A stretch of DNA of 64,000 nucleotides, taken from the IMG/VR virus record IMGVR_UViG_3300037010_001838; one strand, 5' to 3'. The position numbers and the translations under genes are program-made. The notes below the pieces were generated by a model. That model searched no databases and was not told where the DNA came from. It saw only the letters and a list, made by a program, of their open reading frames with translations. Shown here one piece after another: positions 9,586 through 18,347 of the stretch; the first letter of the stretch is position 1; each line of letters begins with the position of its first letter. This DNA comes from a virus (lineage: Duplodnaviria > Caudoviricetes).

Positions 9586-9614
9586 ATTATACTCATAGAA
9601 TTAAATAATGACAA
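9586..9614 (-). promoter_or_regulatory. sigma70-type promoter for the clamp-loader operon
   Basis: TTGTCA-N17-TATAAT on the minus strand upstream of 9564. Confidence 0.7.
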
Positions 9615-9618
9615 GAAA

Positions 9619-10506
9619 TTAAGAAAATGACCTTAAATCAGAAACTATTTGTTGTTTTTTGGCAAGAGAGTCAAGGTGATGATTGGTGGGTTGTTCTTGA
9701 TGGGATTTTTTAATTTCATCTTCAACCAACAACCTAATTTCATCAGAAGTTAACCCATTATAAGTTGGTGATGATTTAGTTGCAGTTTCAATAATCTGGT
9801 CTTCGATTTTTTCTTCAAGTTTTTCTTCTTTTCGAATTCTAATTGCCACGTTAACACCGATTGTTAATGCAACTGCAAGTGGATCAAACACAATAATAAT
9901 TAATAAAATTACATACTTAGTAGCATCATCAACGTCTTGACCAAACGCCTCAGCAATGTATATGATGGGACCAACGTGTGCTTGTGTTGTTAACAATTGT
10001 GTGTTTAATTTTTGTGTTTCGGTTGTAATTTCTGGTAACCGATTGTTAATTCTAGTTAATTCAGGGGCAAACGTTTTCATCAATTTCTGGCGACCTTTTA
10101 CATAATCTGCCGGAAGTGCTTCGATTTGTTTATCAATCTCTTGTTTACGAGTTGCTAGTTGAATTTGCTCTTCATTCAATAATTTAATTTGTGAATTGAC
10201 TTGTTTTAACGGAAGAGTATCAGCTTGATATCCCAACGATAACATCCCAAATATACCCATCGAAGTAACAGCCATTAACACTATAACAGCTGTTACAAGA
10301 TATACCCGAAATCCAATCTTTAGTTTATTCCAATACCTATATAAAAAAGAAGCAGTTACAAGTTTACCTGCTTCTAGTGATGCCCCCATAATCATAACTG
10401 GGATCATCATACCCTGGAATAACTGTGCTAATCCATATACACTGAAAAACGCTGCGGTCCCAGCTATAGATAACGTAGTAATAAACAAAATTGCGATAAA
10501 AAACAT
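9619..10506 (-). CDS. Membrane protein with coiled coil
   Basis: Three N-terminal hydrophobic helices (LEAGKLV motif), a coiled coil, then a C-terminal TM helix (IVFDPLAVAL). Confidence 0.75.
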   Translation of the reverse strand: MFFIAILFITTLSIAGTAAFFSVYGLAQLFQGMMIPVMIMGASLEAGKLVTASFLYRYWNKLKIGFRVYLVTAVIVLMAVTSMGIFGMLSLGYQADTLPLKQVNSQIKLLNEEQIQLATRKQEIDKQIEALPADYVKGRQKLMKTFAPELTRINNRLPEITTETQKLNTQLLTTQAHVGPIIYIAEAFGQDVDDATKYVILLIIIVFDPLAVALTIGVNVAIRIRKEEKLEEKIEDQIIETATKSSPTYNGLTSDEIRLLVEDEIKKSHQEQPTNHHLDSLAKKQQIVSDLRSFS

Positions 10507-10507
10507 A

Positions 10508-10771
10508 TTATTCCATATATTCAGTATTTAAAGTATCTATATTGTCTTTGATGTACTGAGTCAATCCAATAAAACCTTCTGTTTCACTCTTTTCAGTAAA
10601 CCCACGGGAGTCGACTCGAGCAGGAAACACTGATAAAAGTTGACCGTCCGAATCAAAATCATATACAATAGCCCAACCGAAAGTATGTAACAAACGATTT
10701 ATCCACCACAGTAGTTTGGTTTCTCTGAATTCTTCCCAAGTTCGTTGGTTAACCATATTTAAATTTTCCAT
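10508..10771 (-). CDS. Hypothetical protein
   Basis: 87-aa ORF (WEEFRETKLLWWINRLLHTFGWAIV). Confidence 0.6.
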   Translation of the reverse strand: MENLNMVNQRTWEEFRETKLLWWINRLLHTFGWAIVYDFDSDGQLLSVFPARVDSRGFTEKSETEGFIGLTQYIKDNIDTLNTEYME

Positions 10772-10772
10772 G

Positions 10773-11060
10773 TTAATCTTCTCTTATAGCCATAATCTCT
10801 TTTTCTACTGTCTTCCAATATTTAACATCTTCATGTTTAAACCCGTCAGTCCAACGTAGTGGTTCAATCAAAACAGTCATCCCTGGTTGAATTTCTTCAA
10901 CTTTATCTCCAACTGAAATTACTTTCCCCCAACGAGGTGATTTAACATCCACATCAAACGACTTATAAATGAGTCCACCAGCTGTCTTATTGGTAAAACC
11001 TTTTTCATCTACATCATCTTCAAATATAAAAATAATTGAATCTCCAATTGGTCGTAACAT
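10773..11060 (-). CDS. groES: GroES-like co-chaperonin
   Basis: MLRPIGD..., mobile loop KTAGGLIY, GKVISVG; start moved to ATG 11060 (GGAGAG RBS). Confidence 0.85.
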   Translation of the reverse strand: MLRPIGDSIIFIFEDDVDEKGFTNKTAGGLIYKSFDVDVKSPRWGKVISVGDKVEEIQPGMTVLIEPLRWTDGFKHEDVKYWKTVEKEIMAIRED

Positions 11061-11070
11061 ATTTTCTCTC

Positions 11071-11292
11071 CTATTCAGTTGTTGGTTCGGTTTCTGTAAC
11101 ATCATCAGGTTGTTTATTAACAACCTTCGCAATGCGACGTTTGTTTCTCTTATCAATAAAATTCTCTTGTCTCTTTACTTCAACAACTGGTTCAACGACA
11201 GCTTTACTTTTCCCAGCAGCAATCTGCTGTTTAATTGTTAAAATATCAAAATCAACCATTTCTCCTTTTGCACTTCTAATACGCTTTGCCAT
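11071..11292 (-). CDS. Small basic hypothetical late protein
   Basis: GAGGAG RBS and TATAAATA just upstream. Confidence 0.65.
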   Translation of the reverse strand: MAKRIRSAKGEMVDFDILTIKQQIAAGKSKAVVEPVVEVKRQENFIDKRNKRRIAKVVNKQPDDVTETEPTTE

Positions 11293-11316
11293 AACTTATC
11301 TCCTCTGTTAACAGTT

Positions 11317-11324
11317 TATTTATA
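11317..11324 (-). promoter_or_regulatory. T4-type late promoter TATAAATA
   Basis: Exact match 25 nt upstream of the 11292 start. Confidence 0.75.
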
Positions 11325-11325
11325 A

Positions 11326-11883
11326 TTAGTGATAATGGAAAAAATCTTCAATTGGAAGATTATATTCTACACTATCTATATCGTGAACACCAATTAAATA
11401 TAAAACATATGATGATACACTACTTCCTCGTCCAACTCCCCACACAATATTTTGTTGTTCAAATACATCGATTATAAAAACCATCAATTTCAAAACAGTC
11501 ATAAACGAGTGTTGTTTAAACAGTTCTAACTCTTCTATCGTTCGTTTAATACGAACACTTTGTTCACTTTTTGAAAAATGTTGAATCTCTTGTTCTAAAC
11601 ACTCTAAAACAAAGTCTTCTATATCGATTTGTTGATATGATTTACCGAAATTCCACTCAAAGTTTAACGAATTAATTCCTTCCTTAACTGATATTTGTCT
11701 AGTTGCAAGATTGTTATATTGACGAATATCTGGTGTAATCTCTGTTGTAAACAGAGAATTTATATCGATTCCTTTCATTAACATAGATACAAGCAATTCG
11801 GGAGACACGGAAATGTCTCCATCAAACCACAAATCTCTATCTTTTAATCTTGTTTTACAGGTAGCCTGTTTGATAACTGCCAT
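11326..11883 (-). CDS. dnaE: DNA polymerase III alpha (DnaE) N-terminal palm fragment
   Basis: WGVGRGSSVSSYVLYLIGVHDID matches the DnaE GxGRGS..gSLv.Y.lgit.iDP motif; the ORF ends before the catalytic PDxDxD. Start uncertain. Confidence 0.8.
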   Translation of the reverse strand: MAVIKQATCKTRLKDRDLWFDGDISVSPELLVSMLMKGIDINSLFTTEITPDIRQYNNLATRQISVKEGINSLNFEWNFGKSYQQIDIEDFVLECLEQEIQHFSKSEQSVRIKRTIEELELFKQHSFMTVLKLMVFIIDVFEQQNIVWGVGRGSSVSSYVLYLIGVHDIDSVEYNLPIEDFFHYH

Positions 11884-12214
11884 CTGAAGTATCAATATCT
11901 GGAGTTTTGGGTGATGCTAAAATCGAAGGACCTGCAGGTGGTGGAATATACGTATCAAAAGCACTACTGAATCCCTGTGAGGGGGATGGCATAGGTATAG
12001 GCATGGGACTCATATATTGGGGGGTATTCACAACAGGTGAGTTGTTTTGTCTATATGGTGCTTGTTGCGCATCATCAAGTAAATTAATTTTCGATCTTAT
12101 TTTTTTCCACTGTACTGCATTAGGAATCCAATCATCCTCTTGCATATCCTCAACTCCCTGGAGCCAAGACTTAAAATCCTTTAATGAAATGGTATCTTCT
12201 TTTTGTTCCGACAT
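11855..12214 (-). CDS. Hypothetical protein
   Basis: 119-aa ORF (FKSWLQGVEDMQEDDWIPNAVQWKKIR), Pro-rich C-half. Confidence 0.65.
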   Translation of the reverse strand: MSEQKEDTISLKDFKSWLQGVEDMQEDDWIPNAVQWKKIRSKINLLDDAQQAPYRQNNSPVVNTPQYMSPMPIPMPSPSQGFSSAFDTYIPPPAGPSILASPKTPDIDTSDGSYQTGYL

Positions 12215-12224
12215 AATGTGTTCC

Positions 12225-12734
12225 TTAAACTATTGTGAAAAGTTCGTGTCTGTTGTGGGTTGAGGAGAAACTAACATGAACCCAACCAGAATGAGGATCA
12301 TTCGGTTTTGGAAATTCACGAATTAATTGGTCATATTCAATATTATCTGCAATCCATTTTAACAAATCATCATTTTTTATTCCTGGAATTTTTATGTCTA
12401 CAGCTTCACCCCTTGGATGACTTTTTAAAACAAAATATTGTTGCCACGAGTCTTTGTTGACACTTAATCCTTTTCTATTACACCACTGTTTGTATGGAAT
12501 CTCATTAATAAACTTTTCCAACAATTCACCTCTATACCAAGAATTTGGTGAAAATGGGATTCCGAAGTAATTCCGAATTGGTTCAAGTACATTTTTTGCA
12601 GTTAAAGTAGCAGCTTCCAAAATTGGTGAAGTTGGAATGTTGTCGATATTATTCCTAGAAGCAACGCTCGATTGCGTTACCTCATACATTTTAAAATGTT
12701 CAGAAATATTAGAATTTGGATCATAAATTAGCAT
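12225..12734 (-). CDS. Peptidase M15A family Zn peptidase (possible endolysin)
   Basis: ISEHFKMYE.T.S..A.R..IDN.P, SH..GEAVDI, YDQLIRE, WVHVS. Confidence 0.85.
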   Translation of the reverse strand: MLIYDPNSNISEHFKMYEVTQSSVASRNNIDNIPTSPILEAATLTAKNVLEPIRNYFGIPFSPNSWYRGELLEKFINEIPYKQWCNRKGLSVNKDSWQQYFVLKSHPRGEAVDIKIPGIKNDDLLKWIADNIEYDQLIREFPKPNDPHSGWVHVSFSSTHNRHELFTIV

Positions 12735-12746
12735 TTGTTTGTCTCC

Positions 12747-13232
12747 TTAATACAAATCACCCACAATAGATTCTTTTAGATATTTACTATATGTATCAAT
12801 GGGGGATACATTAATCCAACACCCAGGAGCAACTGGGTGACACAACAGTTGGTGTTTATTGAGAGATGGACCAACGTGTTTATATAATGGTTTATAATCA
12901 ACAGGAGTGGCATAAACCGGGACAGCTCTTGTTATGTTTGGTCCACCACCTAAAATTGTGTGAACTTGACCTGTTAACTCTGAAATCTGTACAACGTCTA
13001 ATTGTGTTGTTTCTAAATCGTAAACTACTACAAACCAATTTGATGGGAGAGTAAATTGAAAACCCAACACATCAAGAGTTATTGCTGGTGAATAAATTTC
13101 CTCAAGCATTAAAATTGGTGCTAATGTATAATCATATAACTCCACATCTAAAACCCACATGTGTGTTGAATCGAGAGGAGTGTGAATACTTTCAATAAAC
13201 ATTGGTTCTGTTTGGTCATTATATATTAACAT
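12747..13232 (-). CDS. Conserved hypothetical beta-rich protein downstream of uvsW
   Basis: 161-aa ORF with AAGGA RBS and its own promoter. Confidence 0.65.
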   Translation of the reverse strand: MLIYNDQTEPMFIESIHTPLDSTHMWVLDVELYDYTLAPILMLEEIYSPAITLDVLGFQFTLPSNWFVVVYDLETTQLDVVQISELTGQVHTILGGGPNITRAVPVYATPVDYKPLYKHVGPSLNKHQLLCHPVAPGCWINVSPIDTYSKYLKESIVGDLY

Positions 13233-13261
13233 AATTTTCCTTATTATAATTGTTAATACAA

Positions 13262-13290
13262 ATTATAACTCAATAATGGTCAAACATCAA
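13262..13290 (-). promoter_or_regulatory. sigma70-type promoter
   Basis: TTGATG-N17-TATAAT upstream of 13232. Confidence 0.6.
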
Positions 13291-14791
13291 CAAGTTCATT
13301 GTAATTTACAACAATTTTTTTGTGTTTATATTTAGCTTCTTTGTAATATTTTATTCGAGCTGACAAATGCCGTCGAGAATATTCGAGGTTTCCACATATA
13401 TCAATTATGTCCACACTGTCCTTATCTTTTCCTATACGAAGCCCCCTTCCTATTGCTTGGATAACACGAACGAAAGATTTTCCACCATCAATGAATATTA
13501 AATTAAAGATTCTATCAATACTTAACCCTACCCCTGCAATTTGCACTGTAGCAATTACTATAAGGTCATTAAACGTCTCAAATAAATCATAAACTGCTTG
13601 TCTAACTTTTTGTTTATCTTTACCATACAAAAACTTCGACTTTGGAATAATCTTCGATAATTTTTTTCCTATCTTAATGGAATTAACCAAACACAAGACA
13701 TTTCCTTTATAAGCAGAACCTTTTTCGATAACAAAATCTGCAATCCACTGCAATCGAACTTTATCTTGTTGGAGAAACGTAGTTTCGTTATCGTAAGTAA
13801 ATTTTTCCGTATCATTGTTAGGTTTGCTTGTTTCTCGTAATAATTGATTGAAACGATCTTGGTCATCAAGCTGAATTATAGTAATATTGGGTGTCGCCAA
13901 CCATCCATCTTTTATTAACACTTCTGCTGGAATAGTATACTTTATAGATCCAAGACTTGTGTTAATGGTCATTGCATCAGCTTTATTTTTTGGAAATGTT
14001 CCTGTTAAACCGAACCGATGAGCAATATTTTTGCCATATTCTTTAATTAAAGTTCCAATAACATTTGCTTTAGCACCTTGACATTCATCTATTACAAGGA
14101 CATCAAACTCACTTACCATTTTTGGATTATATTGTAACGCTTGCCACGTTGACACAACGTGGAGGTGATTGGTGTCTTTTAAATCACCACTATATTCTCC
14201 CACGTCTAACTCAAAAGCTCGGAACGCTTTGGTTGTTTGAGATACAAGAGAAATATTGGGAACTACCGTAATTGAACGTAAACCCTTTTTACCGTACAAG
14301 TCAACAAGGGCTGCATTTATTGTAGTTTTTCCTGCCGAAGTTGCTGCAACAACGATCCCTCCACCATCAGCTGTTAATTTATTAACAGCTTCTATCTGAT
14401 ACGGTCTAATCTGATATGGTTCATTGGTCTTTGGATTTGTAATGTGTTGAAAATAGTCTTTGTCTATAGGATCAACTTCCTCAAATACACCAATACGTTT
14501 ATCATTTAATTTGATTTTATATCCAAATGATTTTATTGTTGGAATTATTTGATCTAATAAATGATTATAGGTGTTACCAGCTGATGTAAAGAAACGAACT
14601 TTGCCATCCCACACACCTAGCTTGTATTTTGGTTTAAAAAAATACCCTTCAGACAAATAGGCGAATTGATCCTCAAAATATTTTGAATCGTCAGGATGAA
14701 GACCAGACACAATACACTGAACTTCGTTTTTTAGTGTTATCGTGACTGACTTGGCGTATGTTTGCTCAACAAAGTTTTTTATATCCATCAA
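13280..14791 (-). CDS. uvsW: UvsW-like SF2 DNA helicase
   Basis: KYKLGVWDGK, IRPYQ, ATSAGKT, DECQ, GLTGT, QAIGRGLR. Confidence 0.92.
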   Translation of the reverse strand: MMDIKNFVEQTYAKSVTITLKNEVQCIVSGLHPDDSKYFEDQFAYLSEGYFFKPKYKLGVWDGKVRFFTSAGNTYNHLLDQIIPTIKSFGYKIKLNDKRIGVFEEVDPIDKDYFQHITNPKTNEPYQIRPYQIEAVNKLTADGGGIVVAATSAGKTTINAALVDLYGKKGLRSITVVPNISLVSQTTKAFRAFELDVGEYSGDLKDTNHLHVVSTWQALQYNPKMVSEFDVLVIDECQGAKANVIGTLIKEYGKNIAHRFGLTGTFPKNKADAMTINTSLGSIKYTIPAEVLIKDGWLATPNITIIQLDDQDRFNQLLRETSKPNNDTEKFTYDNETTFLQQDKVRLQWIADFVIEKGSAYKGNVLCLVNSIKIGKKLSKIIPKSKFLYGKDKQKVRQAVYDLFETFNDLIVIATVQIAGVGLSIDRIFNLIFIDGGKSFVRVIQAIGRGLRIGKDKDSVDIIDICGNLEYSRRHLSARIKYYKEAKYKHKKIVVNYNELVDV

Positions 14792-15252
14792 TCTATCATA
14801 TAATCAGCCATGTCTGAACTGACTATTCTTGTAATGTTATTTAATGCATATCCCCGAGCCTTAAATGCATCGACTACAGAAACGTATTGTTCGTATAAGT
14901 CTTTTAGTTCGAGATATAATTCATACGTATCAAGGTATGTTGGTTCATGGTTTATGTATTGTTCTTTGTCTTTTGCTTGAAGTTCTCTGGAGTAATTTTC
15001 TGTGTAATCTTTCCATAATTTCCCTCGAACTTTCTGAACTTGAACTTCCATATATTCTAAAGCAGATTTTAATTCTGAACGTCTGGAATCATAATAAACT
15101 AACCACCCAGGTTGTTCATTATTTGCTACAACTAAATTTTTACCTTGAAGTCGAAGGTGATCTTTGTAATTATCTAGGTATTGTTCATACACATCAAGTA
15201 TGCGGACAATGTTTGTAACGTTTTCGTGTAATAATTCTAATGGTCGTTGCAT
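14788..15252 (-). CDS. uvsY: UvsY-like recombination mediator
   Basis: WKDYTENYSREL..KDKEQYI..EP...AFKARGYALNNIT; adjacent to uvsW. Confidence 0.8.
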   Translation of the reverse strand: MQRPLELLHENVTNIVRILDVYEQYLDNYKDHLRLQGKNLVVANNEQPGWLVYYDSRRSELKSALEYMEVQVQKVRGKLWKDYTENYSRELQAKDKEQYINHEPTYLDTYELYLELKDLYEQYVSVVDAFKARGYALNNITRIVSSDMADYMID

Positions 15253-15253
15253 T

Positions 15254-15739
15254 TCAGTGTAATGTTCGTTTGGGAACAGATTTTTTCTCTATTTCCATAT
15301 CATTATCACTGCCTTCTTCTAAATTGTCAACATCACCAAAAGAATCATAAACCATTGAAATGTCTTCTGTAGAATTCTTAATAAGTTCCATTAATTCTTT
15401 TTCTCTTACCACTCTTAAAGCTTCAGCTTGTACAAAAAACTCTAAAACTTTTTCCTTTGATTGTGTTTTTATAACTTCAAGAGGAACTCCAACAGACAAC
15501 ACGTTTTGTTGTTTGGCTGTTTCACCTGGAATTTTTGCGACGATGACAAGTAAATCATCAGACACTTCAATGCTTTCCCATTCCATCTCATGGGCGTTCT
15601 GATTTAAATGTTCAATGATTGCTTCAAAAACAAAATCTATTTTTTTAGCGATACCGTTTGTAACACGTTGATATACAAAATTACGTTTGTTTAACGTATC
15701 TATGATTTCAATTAAAAAATCTTTAGATGTTTCGACCAT
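15254..15739 (-). CDS. Hypothetical protein
   Basis: Start moved to ATG 15739 (AAGGA RBS, late promoter upstream). Confidence 0.65.
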   Translation of the reverse strand: MVETSKDFLIEIIDTLNKRNFVYQRVTNGIAKKIDFVFEAIIEHLNQNAHEMEWESIEVSDDLLVIVAKIPGETAKQQNVLSVGVPLEVIKTQSKEKVLEFFVQAEALRVVREKELMELIKNSTEDISMVYDSFGDVDNLEEGSDNDMEIEKKSVPKRTLH

Positions 15740-15765
15740 AAAAGTAATTCCTTGTTCTTCAAAGT

Positions 15766-15773
15766 TATTTATA
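15766..15773 (-). promoter_or_regulatory. T4-type late promoter TATAAATA (drives hypothetical-uvsY-uvsW)
   Basis: Exact match; T4 uvsW is also a late gene. Confidence 0.7.
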
Positions 15774-15797
15774 AAAAGAACAAGGAAGCTACACATT

Positions 15798-16862
15798 TTA
15801 CCAGACCGAATTTTGCACATCCATAATCAGCTTTGTAACTTGAATTAAATCTACATCATTTCGAAGTTGCGATGTTTTCAGCGCTTTATCCACTTCTGCG
15901 TTCATATGTTCTGCATATTCCACGACTTGCTCATATGTCCAAGCGCCAGCTCGAATTGATAGTAATTCTTGAGCATCAGGGCGGCGAACTCTAATCACAC
16001 CTTCTGTTAATGCTTCATGACCCATCCGCAACAAACGCACAAGATGCATTGCATGTTTAGTATCGTATCCAAATTGTTCCTCTAATGCTGATCGAGTTAC
16101 GTTTCGTTTTTTCTTCCACTCCCAATAATTTTCCCAATTTGTGTGTGCTTCGTCAAATTGGGAAAAATTAACTTTTACAACAATATCAGGTGTTCGTCCC
16201 TTTCCAGTAATTTTTTTCAGGATTGTGGAACTCCGCATATCATCAAAATACTGTTTTTCTCTTGTGGTAGGATTTCCTCTACTATCTCTCCATGAGTTTC
16301 CGGTATCTTTATAAAGAGCAAAGTGTCGATCTCCCAATTCGAGAGCAGAAAAATTAGCAAAAGGAACAACTTTATTCCAAGTTCTATCCCCTGTAAAGTT
16401 ATAAACCACACTTACAAAATCCAGTTGTTCTGGTTCTTGTTCCGGTTGTGGAGAATTAATCCATTTATTATGACCTTTGATCCTCTTTAATTGAGCTAAT
16501 ACATGTCCAGTAATTGAAAAAGCAATCTTTTTAGTCAGTAAACTTCCACGGGCTTGACGAAGCATCTCATACGCTGGTGAAGACACAATTAAATCTGGAC
16601 CTGCTGTCCACAACAATTCAACAACATTTGGATTTTGGTCTACAACTAACTTTATAAATTTATTTAACTCAAAAAATTTAATATCATTTTCTGGAAGTTC
16701 CACTTCATCTACATGAAAGAAAGGTGTTCGAATACTCACAGGATCCCCAACAAAAATTCCTCGAATGTCAATATCAGACGTAGGAAGACATGTTCCGTAT
16801 GCTCGTGAGCCTGCATACATTTCAACAATTTTATTTCGTTCTAAAACTTTTCTTTGATCCAT
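15798..16862 (-). CDS. Pol-beta superfamily nucleotidyltransferase
   Basis: GSRAYGT..PTSDIDIRG (GS..DxD), NPNVVELLW, YDTKHAMHLVRLL. Confidence 0.88.
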   Translation of the reverse strand: MDQRKVLERNKIVEMYAGSRAYGTCLPTSDIDIRGIFVGDPVSIRTPFFHVDEVELPENDIKFFELNKFIKLVVDQNPNVVELLWTAGPDLIVSSPAYEMLRQARGSLLTKKIAFSITGHVLAQLKRIKGHNKWINSPQPEQEPEQLDFVSVVYNFTGDRTWNKVVPFANFSALELGDRHFALYKDTGNSWRDSRGNPTTREKQYFDDMRSSTILKKITGKGRTPDIVVKVNFSQFDEAHTNWENYWEWKKKRNVTRSALEEQFGYDTKHAMHLVRLLRMGHEALTEGVIRVRRPDAQELLSIRAGAWTYEQVVEYAEHMNAEVDKALKTSQLRNDVDLIQVTKLIMDVQNSVW

Positions 16863-17181
16863 TATTTTACCTTTAAAAGATTTAGTGTTATTCTTTGATA
16901 GGCCCAGTGGTGTGCTGTTGTTTGCACGTGTCCCTTCCGGACAAATTTCCCAACATTGTTGCGAAAGTTTCCATAAGAGAAACCATCTGCTATTCTAATA
17001 ACATAACCTTCATGGCTAGACCAGTCATTATCAGCTACAACAGAACGAACACTTTTTCGTTGTATATTCCATCGTATATCGCTGGAACGTGTTGAATTTC
17101 AAGTAGGTTGAACCATTCAATTGTATCGTTCCAACTTAAACAATTATTTTTATCATCCCAAACTGAGAATCCCATAAAATA
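16862..17181 (-). pseudogene. Truncated, frameshifted ATP-dependent RNA ligase relic (C-terminal third only)
   Basis: Manual translation gives YFMGFSVWDDKNNCLSWNDTIEWFNLLEIQHVPAIYDGIYNEKVF, then a frame change near 17050, then VVADNDWSSHEGYVIRIADGFSYGNFRNNVGKFVRKGHVQTTAHHW...stop (ligase motifs IV EGYVI and V K). No KxDG motif I upstream. Confidence 0.75.
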
Positions 17182-17207
17182 TATCACCTCTACTTGATTT
17201 ATTCGAT

Positions 17208-18293
17208 TTATTCATTTTGTTCTCCTAGTGCTTTTGCGACTCTTTTACTCTTTGATGATTTACCACTCAGATCTTCCTTTTCACCTTCCTTGAGTTCTAC
17301 CTGAAGGAACGCATCAGACTTTGCTTCACAAGCCATTAATACATCAACGGCTACACTACCAAAATCTTTTGATTGAAAATTTTTCTCTCCAAAGTAATAC
17401 CAAGCACCTTTTTTCGTGAGAACCCCCAATGCTTCTGCGGCATCCATTAAACCATTGAATGGGTCCATTCCAGTTTCATAAGGAACTTCAATTGTTACTG
17501 TCTGAAATGGTTGTGTAAAACGAGTTTTATAACCTTCACACTTCATCCTAATTCCACGGACCTCACCAGCAACATCGCCCTTAAGTTTCAATTTGGTCAA
17601 CAGCGTAATTTGTGATAATGAATACTTAACAGCTTCATTCACAATCCACACCCCTTCACCGTTCGTTATATCCTGATTTCTGTACACTTGGTGAGTCACT
17701 ACAATGCTTACATTTTGGTGTTTAATGGCGTGAACAAATTGCCTTAACACAGATTTTATCTGTTTGCTACGTTGACCTTGGTCACCTTTTAATACACCTC
17801 TATCAAAGTTTTCTTCTTCTGTTTCTGTCATTAACATATCCAAACTGTCAACAACTATGAGAACTTTGGGTGCATCTGGATTACCAATACCATATTCTTT
17901 TTCGTACGATTTAAGGAAAGATGAGATATATTTCTGCATTTGTGGGATTGTATCTAATTCACCATACAAATATGAGTCTTCGCCTACATCAACTCCAATT
18001 TTTGAAACAAAACTGTTATCCAATGCGTGTTCACTGTCCCCAACAACTACAAAAATATCTTCTTTCTGTGCTTCTCTCATACAATTACACAAAGTAAATG
18101 TTTTTCCAGAACCAGAAGGACCAGCAAAACACACAACTCTTCCTTGTGGAATTCCTCTAAAAAAACTTCCTGATATTGTTTTGTTTAAAGCATAATTTCC
18201 TGTTGAAAACCAATAGCGGGGAGGATCGGAATCTCCTAAATCTATTCCAGCCTTCTCCATATCTTTTTCAAATTCTTTTCTAAATTTTAACAT
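17208..18293 (-). CDS. uvsX: UvsX/RecA recombinase
   Basis: STGNYALN..ISG, GPSGSGKT, DSE.ALD, VDSL, THQVY, GAWY; start moved to ATG 18293. Confidence 0.95.
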   Translation of the reverse strand: MLKFRKEFEKDMEKAGIDLGDSDPPRYWFSTGNYALNKTISGSFFRGIPQGRVVCFAGPSGSGKTFTLCNCMREAQKEDIFVVVGDSEHALDNSFVSKIGVDVGEDSYLYGELDTIPQMQKYISSFLKSYEKEYGIGNPDAPKVLIVVDSLDMLMTETEEENFDRGVLKGDQGQRSKQIKSVLRQFVHAIKHQNVSIVVTHQVYRNQDITNGEGVWIVNEAVKYSLSQITLLTKLKLKGDVAGEVRGIRMKCEGYKTRFTQPFQTVTIEVPYETGMDPFNGLMDAAEALGVLTKKGAWYYFGEKNFQSKDFGSVAVDVLMACEAKSDAFLQVELKEGEKEDLSGKSSKSKRVAKALGEQNE

Positions 18294-18314
18294 AAAAATC
18301 TCCAGTAGTGAATT

Positions 18315-18335
18315 GGGGTGCCTAAAAAGCACCCC
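18315..18335 (-). terminator. GC-rich hairpin between gp32 and uvsX
   Basis: GGGGTGC-N7-GCACCCC; weak U-tract, so it may be a processing/stability hairpin instead. Confidence 0.45.
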
Positions 18336-18347
18336 GTAACTCAAAAA

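Noticed and set aside
11855-11910. KTPDIDTS at the end of the ORF upstream of the DnaE fragment looks like the missing PDIDID catalytic motif
   Set aside because: It lies upstream in another frame, lacks the third acidic residue and the following DnaE sequence, and sits in a Pro-rich tail; probably coincidence
12747-13232. Possible Hint/intein-like fold in the conserved protein downstream of uvsW
   Set aside because: No N-terminal Cys/Ser or C-terminal His-Asn; cannot be supported without a profile search
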